From: Trichoplax adhaerens | Taxonomy: Eukaryota; Animalia; Placozoa | Direction: 5' to 3' | DNA length: 64,000 bases | Assembly: GCF_000150275.1 (NCBI RefSeq) | Contig: NW_002060962.1 | Location: forward strand, 1,109,205-1,173,204 | Shown: positions 51,897-64,000 of the stretch, one piece after another | Position numbering within the stretch: the stretch's first letter is position 1 | Layout of the letters: every line of letters starts with the position of its first letter | Position numbers and translations under genes: made by a program | Notes under the pieces: model-generated | Seen by the model: only the letters and a program-made list of their open reading frames with translations | Database searches by the model: none | What the model was told of the DNA's origin: nothing

Positions 51897-54800
51897 ATGA
51901 ATAGCAGATACTTATTGAAGAATCAGAGGATACGATCAGGCATTTGGAAGTGGATGAACAACAATGATACTTCCGTTCTTTGCAAGCGTACTCTCGCAAG
52001 TTATGAAAGTTCGGCAAGCAACTCAAAGGTAATGATGAAAATGACATCAACAAGTATGCGTTACCATAAGTGATCTAAGCAGCGAAATGGCATGCGTTAA
52101 AATGGAAAATTCCTACCCTTTGAACAGCATATAGATAATGCAGTATATCATTGACGTTTGGAAAGCAAATTATCGTTCGCCGCTTCAATAGAATTGATCT
52201 AGTTTATATAACTCAGCTTGCAACAGTTGTCCAAACTGCGGTACGAATTATATGATTATTATACTGTACAGAGTACAGTACTGTGCTGATCACTATCAAT
52301 CACCATACCCTTCGGGGAAGATGGAATTATAGGAAAGAAAGCCTACTTTGCGAGTAATTTGCTTCAGTCATAACTCATGACCATCCAAATTAATGACATA
52401 CTTAGTAGGGTTTTCCACACTGGCCATAGAATGATTGCCACTGTATTTTCGTTATACTGGATAGAATTATATCTGATTATGGTGCAATTGAAGTTATTAG
52501 CATACGGTACAACAATTTTTGAATGACATTGACTAGATACAGTATGCACTCGATTACAATAAAGTACTTATAACGTATCATGAAACATAGTCTACTCTAG
52601 CATTAGTTAACATTCTACTGAATTGATAGGACATTAAAGTAATTACTAATTTCATATTTTTTTTATATTACGGTGTAATTATCACTCTAATAACAGTCCT
52701 CTGGCATGCCGGAATATGTCAAAATTGTTGAGGTTGGTCCGCGTGATGGATTACAAAATATAAAGGTAATATGACATCAAAAACTTATTGGATCAGAAGT
52801 GAATTGGCTTTACAATGTTTTTCTGTTTATTAATTATAAAATGAGTCAAGTTTATACTATACGCTATGTCACAAAACTATTCGTATTTCACATAGTATTT
52901 GAGTCAGCCTTTTCTCAGCATAAGAGTACTTGTAAGTTTATTTGCTTCCTGGGTAGAATGTTTTATCAACTACAGTATTTATTATCACCATGAATTTAAA
53001 GTAATGCTTATTAAATTATTCAATGACTTCTCTCGAACTGGAATGATCTAATCGATTGTGTCGGTAATATTATAGACATTTGTTCCAACCGATGTGAAGA
53101 TCGAATTAATTAATCGTTTATCAAATACAGGATTACCTGTTGTAGAAGTTACTAGCTTTGTCTCTCCGAAATGGGTACCACAGGTGACCGATATTGCTTA
53201 ATTAACTGTTTTATCGACGGTATAACTATAAAGTATATCACGTAGGCACAAATGAATTATCTGATTCTTATTATGGATATACTGTATATTATAAAGTATT
53301 AAGTTGTCTCTGTCTATACCGTACAGCTTTTTACCTCATTGACTGATTAAGATTTCAATTTTGTTTGACGTACTTGCAAATAGTTAAATATTATATTTGT
53401 TGTTACAGATGGCTGATAATGCTGATGTACTGAAAGGTATTGACAAAAATCCAAACGTATCTTACCCAGTTTTAACCCCAAATTTGAAAGGATTTTCTTC
53501 AGCGGTAAGTTTAAGAAGGACAGTATCGTCTGAGTGCTTACAAACTAAATCAAATAATATAAACGTGCTATTTAATTCTCTATTCCGTATTAGTCAGTAT
53601 ATGCTATGATACTGCTTATAAAACAAGTCTATTAAGTTGAGTTATAATCAAATTCATTACCTTGTCGTACTTAACATATCCACAATTGTGGTTAGTAAGA
53701 ATAATTTAGTGCTGTACCATTAAAGTTTCCAGTTACACCTATATGTAACCTGGAATCACTAAATAGCTTGGATTGATTATAATTTGATTAAAAATTAGAT
53801 GGAAGCTGGTGCAAAAGAAGTTGCAATATTTGGCGCGGTGTCAGAAACTTTTACAAAGTAGGTAGCAATTCTACTAAAATCATATTCCAAATGATACTTA
53901 TTACAAAGTTATTCATCAACATTATAATAGCGTAATTGCGTAGATTTATAGTTAGTAATTACATGCTGTTACAACAGTGTACTACAATCCATGCAGCGTT
54001 GCACAAGACTAGTACAAGAAATTCTAGTATATTATGATGAAGCATTCTTAATTATGACGGGGACTATAGTAGGTGGTTATGCCATCACATTTTTTATAAA
54101 AGCATAACATACAACTTCGGATATCAAATTTATATTAGACGCGCCACTTTTCATCTTGTACGATAGCAGATGATGCAAAAACTTTGTCTTAGTTCATTGC
54201 ATTGGAATGATATGAAACAGTCCTGTGTTATGGTCTTTCAATCTCCAAATCATATATAAAAATTTTTCTACACTAGGAAGAATGTCAACGCTACTATTAA
54301 GGACAGTCTCGAAAGTTTTAACAGCCTTTGTGATGAAGCAAAGAAATTAAACATCAAAATTAGAGGGTAAATTCGTAATCAAGATATCAATCATTTTGAT
54401 TACCCTGATAAGCTTACATCAAGAATAAAAGTCCATTCAAAGTTGAAAATGTTAGCAATCAATGCCCATTGCATTTTGTTCAATACTAGCTATATTTCGT
54501 GCGTCCTTGGATGCCCGTATGAAGGGAAAATTGAACCGACAGCAGTAGCAAATGTTAGATATACTTATATGAAAAAATCTAAGTAGCCGAATGTAGATAT
54601 TCTTAAATGAATATTTTATTCCGTTAGCTGAATTAAAAACAGCGTTTCCATCGTTAATTTAGGTTGCCAAACAATTGATTGATATGGGCTGTTATGAAAT
54701 TTCTCTCGGCGATACCATCGGAGTTGGTACACCGGGTAAAAATTGCAAATGTGGAATTTTTTTAGTACCATATCACGCAAAATAGTAGTATAAACCAATT

Positions 54801-55500
54801 TTTTGGACCCTTTAGGTTCTATGGCAGCAATGCTGAAAGAAGTGACGAAAGTTGTACCAGCATCTAAGTTAGCCGTACATTGCCACGATACATATGGACA
54901 AGCTTTAGCTAACATTTTAACAGCTATTCAGGTATGAATACTAAAAGAATAAAATTCTTTGCAAAGCAATATATCCATCAAATTTTACAGTATACAGAAT
55001 GTGTAAAGCAGCCGTCATTGTTTACGTTGTTATTTGCTACGTTTGAATTTACAACGGTAAAATTACTGAACTTGTATGAATGTTCTTAAGCAGTAATTTC
55101 AGAATCTAAATTTCGATTTTAGATGGGAGTATCAGTCGTAGATGCGTCAGTAGCAGGATTAGGTGGCTGTCCTTACGCTAAGGGCGCTTCGGGTAACGTT
55201 GCAACCGAAGATGTGGTTTACATGCTAAATGGATTAAATATAAAAACGGTAAGTAAGCATAAATAGCTCAGCTAATGTAGCTAAACTAGCAAAGCTAGTA
55301 TCAATTTAGAGTATGGGCAATGATTGATTGAGAATGCACGTTATGATGTCATTTGAAAATGAAAATATCGTAATAACTTTGAATTTACACAATTTCAGGG
55401 TGTAGATTTGAATAGCGTAATAGACTCCGCCAAATTTATTACAGATTTTATTGGAATGCGACCAGAATCGAAAGTGACAAGAGCAATAGCTAAATTATAA
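51897..55500 (+). CDS. HMGCL: Hydroxymethylglutaryl-CoA lyase with N-terminal presequence and C-terminal PTS1 (-AKL)
   Basis: Motifs [63 protein letters not shown] and [24 protein letters not shown]. Ends …RAIAKL* at 55500. Exon 1 is 51897-52028. Confidence 0.96.
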
Positions 55501-55898
55501 TATAAATCACGTTTGAAAAAGCCAATCGGATAGATAGAGTGCTTTGAATGAATTATCAATTTGTTGCATTTAATATCCTCTATTTTGCATACAGTTTGTA
55601 ATGTCTTTGCCGACTCGAAACCTTACCATACTAGATAATCATATTAAGCTTTGTGATTGGCTTATCAAAATCTTGCTTACAATAAGCAAGTAACGATAAA
55701 TTAATTTTACGAATGAGCCATTCATAAGTTGTTAAATTCCAAAAGACTGATGATTGAAAACCTCAGCCAATTGGCCAAACTAATTAGTTTGTTGAATTAT
55801 ACCAGATTTTGCCCATGGACAATCGGTTGAATAAATATATCAATAAAAATTTTAGAATAGTAATTTATAGAACGTCTTGCTAGTTGCGTGACCACCAT

Positions 55899-58800
55899 TT
55901 AGGATGTAGGCTTTTTTTTAAGTTCTCTTTCTAATTCGGAATAGTGTTTCAGTAAAGCCACAACATGATGATTTCCCGATTTTTCAGCATCATCTATGGG
56001 AATATTCCCCCACCTAACGAGAAAGTTTTCATTGTAACGAAACAGCCTCCTCAGTACAATAAGCTATCCATAAATATAAAGTATATTATTATACAATACA
56101 CACTACAATACTATAAAAATTGGCATTACCTGTCCTTTGGATTAGGATTAACTTTGCACACACTAAGGAGGTATTTAACGACATTGTAATGACCTACGTA
56201 ATCAATTAATTTTGACAGCATGAAATTGGACATGTTTGTCTACAGTATCGTAGAGTTAACATAGAGAAATTGTTATCACCTTCAGCCGCTGCAACGTGTA
56301 AGGCTGTTCGCTGATCATAGTCAATCGCTTCCATATCACCGCATTGGCAATATCTATCATTTAATAATTATAGTATCATAACCAAAATGATTGATTGAAC
56401 GACTGGAAGTTAACTCGATTGTTAATGCGCTACGTACCTTTTCAGAGCAGATAAATCGCCACTTGCTGCAGCAGTAAATATTCTACTGTATTTTAATCCA
56501 TATACATATTCTGCAGACAATCTCGGATCATTTTTTTCTATGTTTATAAGGCTATCGTAATAATGGAAGTTGAATTCTTCCACTAATCTCTGTAGAATGG
56601 AAGAAATTATCTACATTGCTCTTTAACGCTATGAGATAAGATTAACAACATTTGACTATACCTTACAAAATTTGACTCCACGAACACTATTACTATGATT
56701 GTCCAGTAAGGGCGACCAAGTGCAAATTCCCATTACGTTAGGAATAATAATGAATATACCGCCACTAATTCCTGATTTTGCTGGTAAACCAACCTACAGC
56801 AGATGAAAAATTTTATGCAAAACTTCCTATTTAGATTAGTTCTATCAAGAGTGCCTTTAGATCTTAGTTCATATCGAAATTGTATGCACCTCAAATGCAA
56901 ATCGTCCCGTATAGTCCGACATTCCACAAGAATTCATGACTGATAAGGTATCTCTTACAGCCGTTTCATTAAACACCTAGAGAGGGCAAATTTTATAAGA
57001 TCAATAGCTACATAAGATACACAGTATAAACGGTAGATATTGTAAAGATTAAAAATAATTTAATTACTACCCTCTGTTCAGTAGTAGGACAAATTCCTCC
57101 ATTAGCTAGAGTTGCAGCAATTACTGAAGCGGATTCGCACGTTACTTCAACTGAACAAAGTTGAAAGTACAGATCTAATACTTCGTTTAATACTGTATCC
57201 GGAGGAAAAGCCTAACAACATTTAATTCCGAATGGTTGCTTGACTAAACCAGTATAAAATTTATTTTATTTGGCTAATAATATTAAAATTACAGAAAATT
57301 GCCATATACCTTCTTTCCAAACATATGATAAGCTAGTGCATAGTTTCGATGCCCGGTTTCCTTTTCGGACAGGAAACTGAAATTTCGTATATTATATTAT
57401 TGTTTAAGAATGAATGTCATGCGCAAGATCATACGTCCCGACATAAATTTAACTTAAAGTAGGAATCGACATTGGATCTTGTATACCCTAATACAATTCC
57501 TGCTTACGTCGGTAAATCAAATCCTATATGCTCATTTCCAGCTGCTTGCTTGTATCGGTCTCTGACCTACCAGATATGAAAACAATATATTAAAATTTTT
57601 GTTAGTTTTATCAACTTAATGACATATGATAGACATTATATACTATGTTTATACAAAATGTAGCGTACGTGTGTAAATCTGTCAGCAGGTGGCATATTGG
57701 GCTAATCGAAGAAGAGGTGAAAGAGTGTTATTCGTATAATTTACTAATTTAAAATTATGATTGCGATTTTTACTATTATTATTTATACGGATAGCTCAAA
57801 GACTATAAATTGTTACCTTCATTAATGCACATCCCATTATGCCACCTTGATTTATCAAAGCATTATACGGTTTACCTACCAGAAATTGATATTAAATATT
57901 TAATTAAATACAGTAGAAGATGTGATAAATTTGCTTTAAGAGCAAAGGAGCTGCAATAAAGAGGAGCAATTTACATGTACGCTTGATGCAAACAATACAA
58001 CTTACTAGTAAAGTTAAGAAATGACACATTCAGATGTGGGTTAAGTAATTTAACCGCAATGAACTTCTACACATACCCAGAAGTCTTTCATTGTGAGTTA
58101 TTAATGAAACAAAGGTAAAATATAACATTGGCTACTACAATATAGGATGATCCAAAACAGACTGAATATCTACTATTTTATTAAGTTCTACTTGTATGCA
58201 AAATGCAAGAAGAGTGCATCTTATGATCCCATATCTTACTATTTAGTAACTATAACGTGCAGTTTACTTTGCGTACCTTCTAAATTCATGCTCATATCAT
58301 GATATCTTCGACCGCTAGGTTCCTGGCCAATAAATTTATGTACCTGTTGTAAGAAACTAATATTACTGTCTTAAAGTGTTACAGTAAGTAACTGTCTTTG
58401 AATATATTGTATATCATATACGAAATACATTTAGTGTGTATTTATAAACGTAATTTATACCACATCTCCTCCACGCTCATCTAATATCATTGCATAATTA
58501 ACACATTTACAGCATGATTGAAGACACCATTTATCTTTGCAATCACCAATGGAAAACCTAAATCAATTTTTACAAGAGGCCTTATTTAAGAATTAAGATG
58601 AGATCTTACAGTAGTATTTGTTGACTTTATCATACAAGTATATATTTAAATTTTTAGTTAACGTAACAGGCATATTTCTTGTAAGAAATCTTTCGCTATT
58701 TATCTTAAGAAAAAGCATATTAGCTACAAAGTCATACTTCATTTAAAAAGATCTTAATGTTGACACTGTATATGAAATCTTGGTGATTACTAGAGGTAAT

Positions 58801-60956
58801 GAAGAGACACACTAGGTTTGATGCAGGCATACTATGTATAGTTAAAATTTTATGTTACTAGTACCTTTGGCCATCTACAGTACAGACTGCAACACCCCAC
58901 TTATCAGGTGATAATCGTTCGAGTTGAGGAATGTAATCAGAAAGCTGAAATAGAGAAAAATAAATTATTCGAGTGAAGGTGTAATTATCATAAGCAGCCA
59001 AGTTTCTATTCTATTTTCGATGATATAGCATTTACAGCATTCCTACCTGACCATCATTTATTAATTTCGCTTCATGATAGAAATCTTTTAATGTAGAAGT
59101 AAATACTTGAAAATCAGGAATGACAAAGTCGCCTTGCAATGCGCGTCGGAGCAAGAATGTGCATTTATTAATGCATCTATGATTGATTAATAGTAAATAC
59201 AAATTCGTAGAGTATCACTCAAAATAGAACAACACGATATTCTAATTTGATAACGTATTAAAGCCACAGTATATTATATATTTGAGTAGCAATAATCATT
59301 ATATTACATTGAGATCTACTTTTGCATAAATGACTGGTTCATTTAGAAAAAGCATAATAAAGATTACTTGGAGTGAAAAAATTTATGAAATATTTTAATT
59401 CTTCACTACCAATTTAAATTAGCGATCCAGTGTAACAAATACGGGATACATCCATTATAATGCAGTATCTACTGCAATGTATATATTTATTTCTGTTCTC
59501 TAGATAATTTTCACTTGCACTGTAATACTCGTATGAATATTGAAAGCACAGTAACTACATAATATCGTCCAGAAATCCTACGTACACTAATACTCCATAC
59601 TTTTGCACATTCTGTTTCAAAGCTAAACACTACGAAACTGCAGGGTATACTTATGTCTTCCTTTCCATGTTACAGTAAAACAAAGATATTATATTATTAT
59701 CATTAAGTTAGAATTACGAAATCACATGTGCTCGATCCACAACATTTAATGATTTTGATGCTTGATTGAGATCATGCATTTTTATATAAAGTTAAAAATT
59801 ATGTCGTCGCGAAGGATTTTTCACAGTCATTATATTTGATACTATCTCGCTCTGCATTCACAATGTCTAGAAAGGTGAATTTTTATTCTGGCTATAAAAT
59901 TTATCAAATTATTACCTCATACGAGCATTAACATTATTGATAATAACACTGATTATTGTGAAATCAAATAGCAGAATCGATGAATTCTGTAATACCTGAG
60001 CTTCAAATTCTCAAATTAAATATTTACATTTATTGATATGCTTGCTTAAGATGAAATTTCAATTATCTTGCTAGGTAATTTATTCGGTATTCTTACTTTT
60101 TGAATGTCTCTATGTTTATAAACCCAGTACGATCTTCTGCCAAGTATGATTTCAGTGCTTTGATTACAGGTAGTAGGCGCTGATCATTTTCTCGTAATCC
60201 GCATTCCTTTATAATCTGAAGCCATAGACACAATAATTGATCACATGTTTATAATAACTACGCCTATGTAATGATTGATTTTTCATTGATCTTTTACGAA
60301 TACAATCACTGCGGGTTTCAGTATATTACTTATTGCAGGATTTAAGAACAAAACCTTTACATTACTTTAGTGATTAATAACGGAAATGGGATAGTAGGTA
60401 ATTATTAGTAAAACACTGATAATTTATTCATTCATGTCCACTTGTACAGTCTATTTATTTTTCATTTGAGTTTACGGAGAGACCAAAAAGCATGAATGAA
60501 TCAACAAGGTTCTACTCTGACGATTACTATTGGTCTTCTAGTCCTGTAACTCAATTTTGGTGTCGGTTAAACAATCTTGATCATAACTTAAGTTAATATT
60601 GAAAAATGATTGAAATATTTATCTCAATCATCATTAACATTTCCATCAGTTACTGTCATCCATGATCGTGTTGCAATGAAGCGAAACTTGTGGTGCATTT
60701 ATCTTTGTAGTACAGTAATGTCAATGCCATAGACAAGAACTTAAAATGTTTTCTTGTTGTGTAGGAATTTTGTAACCACAATGCACCATTGCGCAATACA
60801 GTATATTTCATTTTACAGTATACTAGAAAAGAAAAGACTCCTTGGATTAAGAAGTACCTGTAAGAAATAGGGAACAGAAATCATCATTTCTCCGTCTCTT
60901 GTTTCGCTGTATATATGGAATATTAATTCCATACTTTCTTCTTCTTGCCGATCCAT
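55899..60956 (-). CDS. GLS: GLS-type glutaminase (EF-hand-like N domain, catalytic domain, ankyrin repeats) with atypical active site
   Basis: About 16 exons encoding [108 protein letters not shown] and the ankyrin [16 protein letters not shown]. Stop at 55899-55901. Confidence 0.93.
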
Positions 60957-60999
60957 GTTTTACAATTAAAGTATTATTATGATCAATCCAGGAGGAAGA

Positions 61000-61602
61000 A
61001 GACAGTACTGGTTTTATACTGTACAGTTTACAGTGTACAGTACAGTACAGTACTGTAACAGAATACAGTACTGGTTTTATACTGTAGTTTATAGTGTACA
61101 GTACAGTACTGTACTGTACTGTACTGTACAATCGTGTGTAAAAACTTTGAGTACTGTACAGTACACTGTACTGTACTGTACTGTACAACTACAGTATAAA
61201 TTCCAAATTCTCGGTAGCACAGTACAGTACTGTACACTGTACACTGTACAGTAAGTACAGTACTGTACCATTACTGTGACTCTGTGAGTGTGCAGTAAAG
61301 TAAGAAAAAAGGCTGACGCAATCAGACCATGTCGCAGTCATATCGAGCACGCCCAGACGCACTGTACTGTACAATACTGTACTCTACTGTACAGTACAGT
61401 GTACTGTACAGTACAGTACAGTGTACAGTACATACAGTACTGTATTAATGAAAACTACTCTACAGTACAGTAAATTGCTAAAACCGGAAATCACAGTACT
61501 GTACTGTACTACAGTATACTGTACAGTACTGTACAGTACATCATCTTGGATACTGTACTGCATGCTAGCGTACTGTACACTGTACAGTGTACTGTACAGT
61601 GC
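61000..61602. repeat. TACAG/CTGTA pentamer island upstream of GLS
   Basis: Dense mixed-orientation runs starting ~45 bp upstream of the GLS ATG. Confidence 0.92.
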
Positions 61603-62884
61603 TCGTGAACCACGACAACATTGACCAAGCCGCGAAAGAAGAGCGGGTACCACATTTGTATTTTCCTATGTGCAATGCATTTCCCGTGCTTATGCTTCGT
61701 CGGCTTGTTGAAGATTTTCACAAATAAGCAACAGTGAATTTAAAGAGTAACGCCTCGCCTTATCATTTCAATCATTCAGGATATCTTAATCTCCGAGTGG
61801 CGTTCAACTACGGCTACTATTTTCTTCGCTCAGTGATTGTGCGATACGATCTTTCGGGAATGTTGATTGTCGCCACCTGAAGCATGGCCAAGGCGAATAG
61901 GTCATCGGTGAGTAATGATATTCAACATTCGCAAACCTACTGGATACATATTGTGCTCGTGTAAAGTAAATGTCTTGAATGCACAAATTCGTATATTGAG
62001 AGTTCAGTTGTCACTCAGCCACTGTTATAAAATGGACATTAGCAAGTATGCCATGCTGTAAAGTAGTAGAAATTCGCCGTAACTGCTAGATAGTATAGCC
62101 ACCATAGAAAGAGGACAAGTGTGCTCCAGTCGACGACGATGTACTGTACGGTATAGCAATAGACATCGGGTTGTCAATTTTGGGGTTGATAGATGGAATT
62201 GGTTCACTGCCTTAATTCTTACAACACGACGTTATGTTCCTTCCTTTCACTGCTAAATAAGCCGTAGCAGTTGAAATACTATATAGTCTCCCTATGTTTA
62301 CAGTGCGAACCATAGAGTATTGCCGCTTTTGGTCAGATTGACAAATGGACACGCTTAGCGCGTGACTAAATGCCTTTAATTAATTAATTCAATCGGTGAA
62401 CTAATTCGAAAACAGTGCCACAAAGTTGATAACTCTCCAAGCTTCTGCTACGTTTTAATCTTGAAATTGTAGACTGATTTTAGGCAACTTATATCATTTA
62501 CTCCTTTTAATCATCCAATTGTTTAACAAGTTTTTTTTAATGCTGTCCGACGTAATTTTACCATTCCTTATTGGATAGCCTTATTTGACTTCAAAGCAAC
62601 ATACATGTAGACAGATGGACGTGCTCACACGTACTGAGTAGTGTTACGCGTATCAGTTAATGAGTCATGAAGAGCTAAGTAGTAGTTACAAAATAGTGAT
62701 AAATTACTTAGTAGCACTTGAAGCATTGTCATTAGATATTGTTACTCATCAGCGTTAACTTTTTTGATGTCAATTTTATTTTACAGTTAAAGAATTATTT
62801 ATTTATTGTAGTTGGGCCGAATTCTAATGATTTTAATTTTTGTGTTTTGGTAAGAATATTCTCTGATTGATTTGTGCTAAGATC

Positions 62885-63090
62885 ATGCTGTACTGTACGT
62901 CATGTTTACAGTACATTACACCAAGTTGATAGTGGTACAAATCAGTACAGTAAGGGTGACAGTACTATAGTACGGTACTGTATCAGTTTTTTGCATTCGA
63001 CATTTACAGTACGTACTGTACAGTGTACAGTATGTACGGTACAGTACAGTACTGTAATGCAGACCTCTACAGTATTATTATACTGCACGA
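62885..63090. repeat. Smaller TACAG/CTGTA island with no adjacent recognised gene
   Basis: TACAG, CTGTA and GTAC words, densest at 63005-63060. Confidence 0.7.
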
Positions 63091-64000
63091 CATTCTTACA
63101 ATTCTGACCATAGCTGATGCCGAGACCTGCCCGAGTTAATCCTTTTACTTGAGAGGCCCTCCTGGGTAGGTAGACATGTCATTTAGGAGGATTGATGCAC
63201 TCGTCGTAAAAAAAGAAATCGTAACTAAACCTAGTAATAACAAAATAGGTCGACCTAGTTTCGGCAGTAGTACTGCTTAGTACAGTAGCCTACAGTATAT
63301 TCAATGATGGACTGATTACTTGCTGGTGTATAGCGTGCATATTTATTGATTGGGCAAAATCGAAATAAGGTGTAGGTTTAGGCAAACGAGCGCAAAAACT
63401 CGATGCTTTCTAGACTAGCAAAATTGTGTACTATCTCCCTCTATATTATACATTATTCCCGCATTTTAATATACAGCCCTACATAGAACACTATAGTATG
63501 ATCGAGGTTGGTTCACCTGGATTCCTAGCTTTTCCATCAGATTTGCAATGTTGGTGCTGCTTAGGTATAGTACTGTAGTAAAGCCCTGTGCCGTCACGTC
63601 TAGCAGTTTTAGCTATTTCGCCTTAAATTCGCTTGCTTTGAAATACAGCTTAAATTTTTTTTAATATGGTTCACTGTAACATCGAAGATGTAGTAAATAC
63701 GGCATGATTTTCTTGTAATTCATGCTGAAATTGTCTACCTATGAGCTATAGTAAATCTGAGAATTAAAATTTTTTAAAATTAGCGAAAGTAAATGTAGCC
63801 TTAATTGAAGAGATTATTTTCTTGATAAGCCTCCTATTAGTATTTCTTTGCAAGCTGCAGTTCTTAGTAATCATCATGTAATCCGGATTGTCAATACACT
63901 CGATAATTATTATTATCTTCGATTCTATGTTGGATTTTTTAATTTTGGTGCGCTTTGATTTTGTTGCTGAGATTTTCATTATTATTACTATTAACAGAAA

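Noticed and set aside
38535-60956. NAPRT, HMGCL and GLS (plus SLC35F) as a metabolic gene cluster
   Set aside because: They belong to unrelated pathways, have mixed orientations and are interleaved with splicing and glycosylation genes. Ancestral linkage explains most of the arrangement better.
37868-61721. Many ORF-track entries rich in YSTVQ/CTVLY (37.8-38.4, 43.3-43.6, 50.7-51.8 and 60.8-61.7 kb)
   Set aside because: These are translations of the stop-free TACAG/CTGTA pentamer and appear in several frames on both strands, so they are not proteins.
63112-63140. Hammerhead ribozyme core
   Set aside because: The sequence has CTGATGC rather than CTGANGA, and there is no properly placed GAAA/stem arrangement.
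63764-63979. 71-aa minus-strand ORF at the window end
   Set aside because: Low-complexity AT-driven composition with no motif or splice support.

Overview
This is AT-rich eukaryotic genomic DNA with compact multi-exon genes and many 65-100 nt GT-AG introns. Gene content and style suggest an early-branching animal, most likely a placozoan (Trichoplax-like); that assignment is inference. Hand-splicing gives, left to right: four tandem minus-strand SLC35F3/F4-like transporter paralogs (the first runs off the window edge) with a 178-bp tandem array between copies 1 and 2; an unidentified multi-exon ORF; a TPD52-family gene; RPN2; NAPRT; NKAIN; SF3B6; HMGCL; and a GLS-type glutaminase with ankyrin repeats. 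The most notable observations are: (1) mixed-orientation TACAG/CTGTA pentamer islands sit at the 5' ends of the housekeeping genes but not the paralog cluster, like a promoter-island code; (2) the glutaminase lacks a mitochondrial presequence and has the conserved catalytic GMYD Tyr replaced by Ser; (3) the SLC35F paralogs share an NRF1-like promoter footprint and C-terminal sorting/PDZ motifs; (4) the 178-bp unit resembles two 17-nt micro-exons with intron-sized spacers; (5) the TPD52-RPN2-NAPRT-NKAIN-SF3B6-HMGCL block appears to match one human paralogon. All exon boundaries were read by eye and no searches were run.
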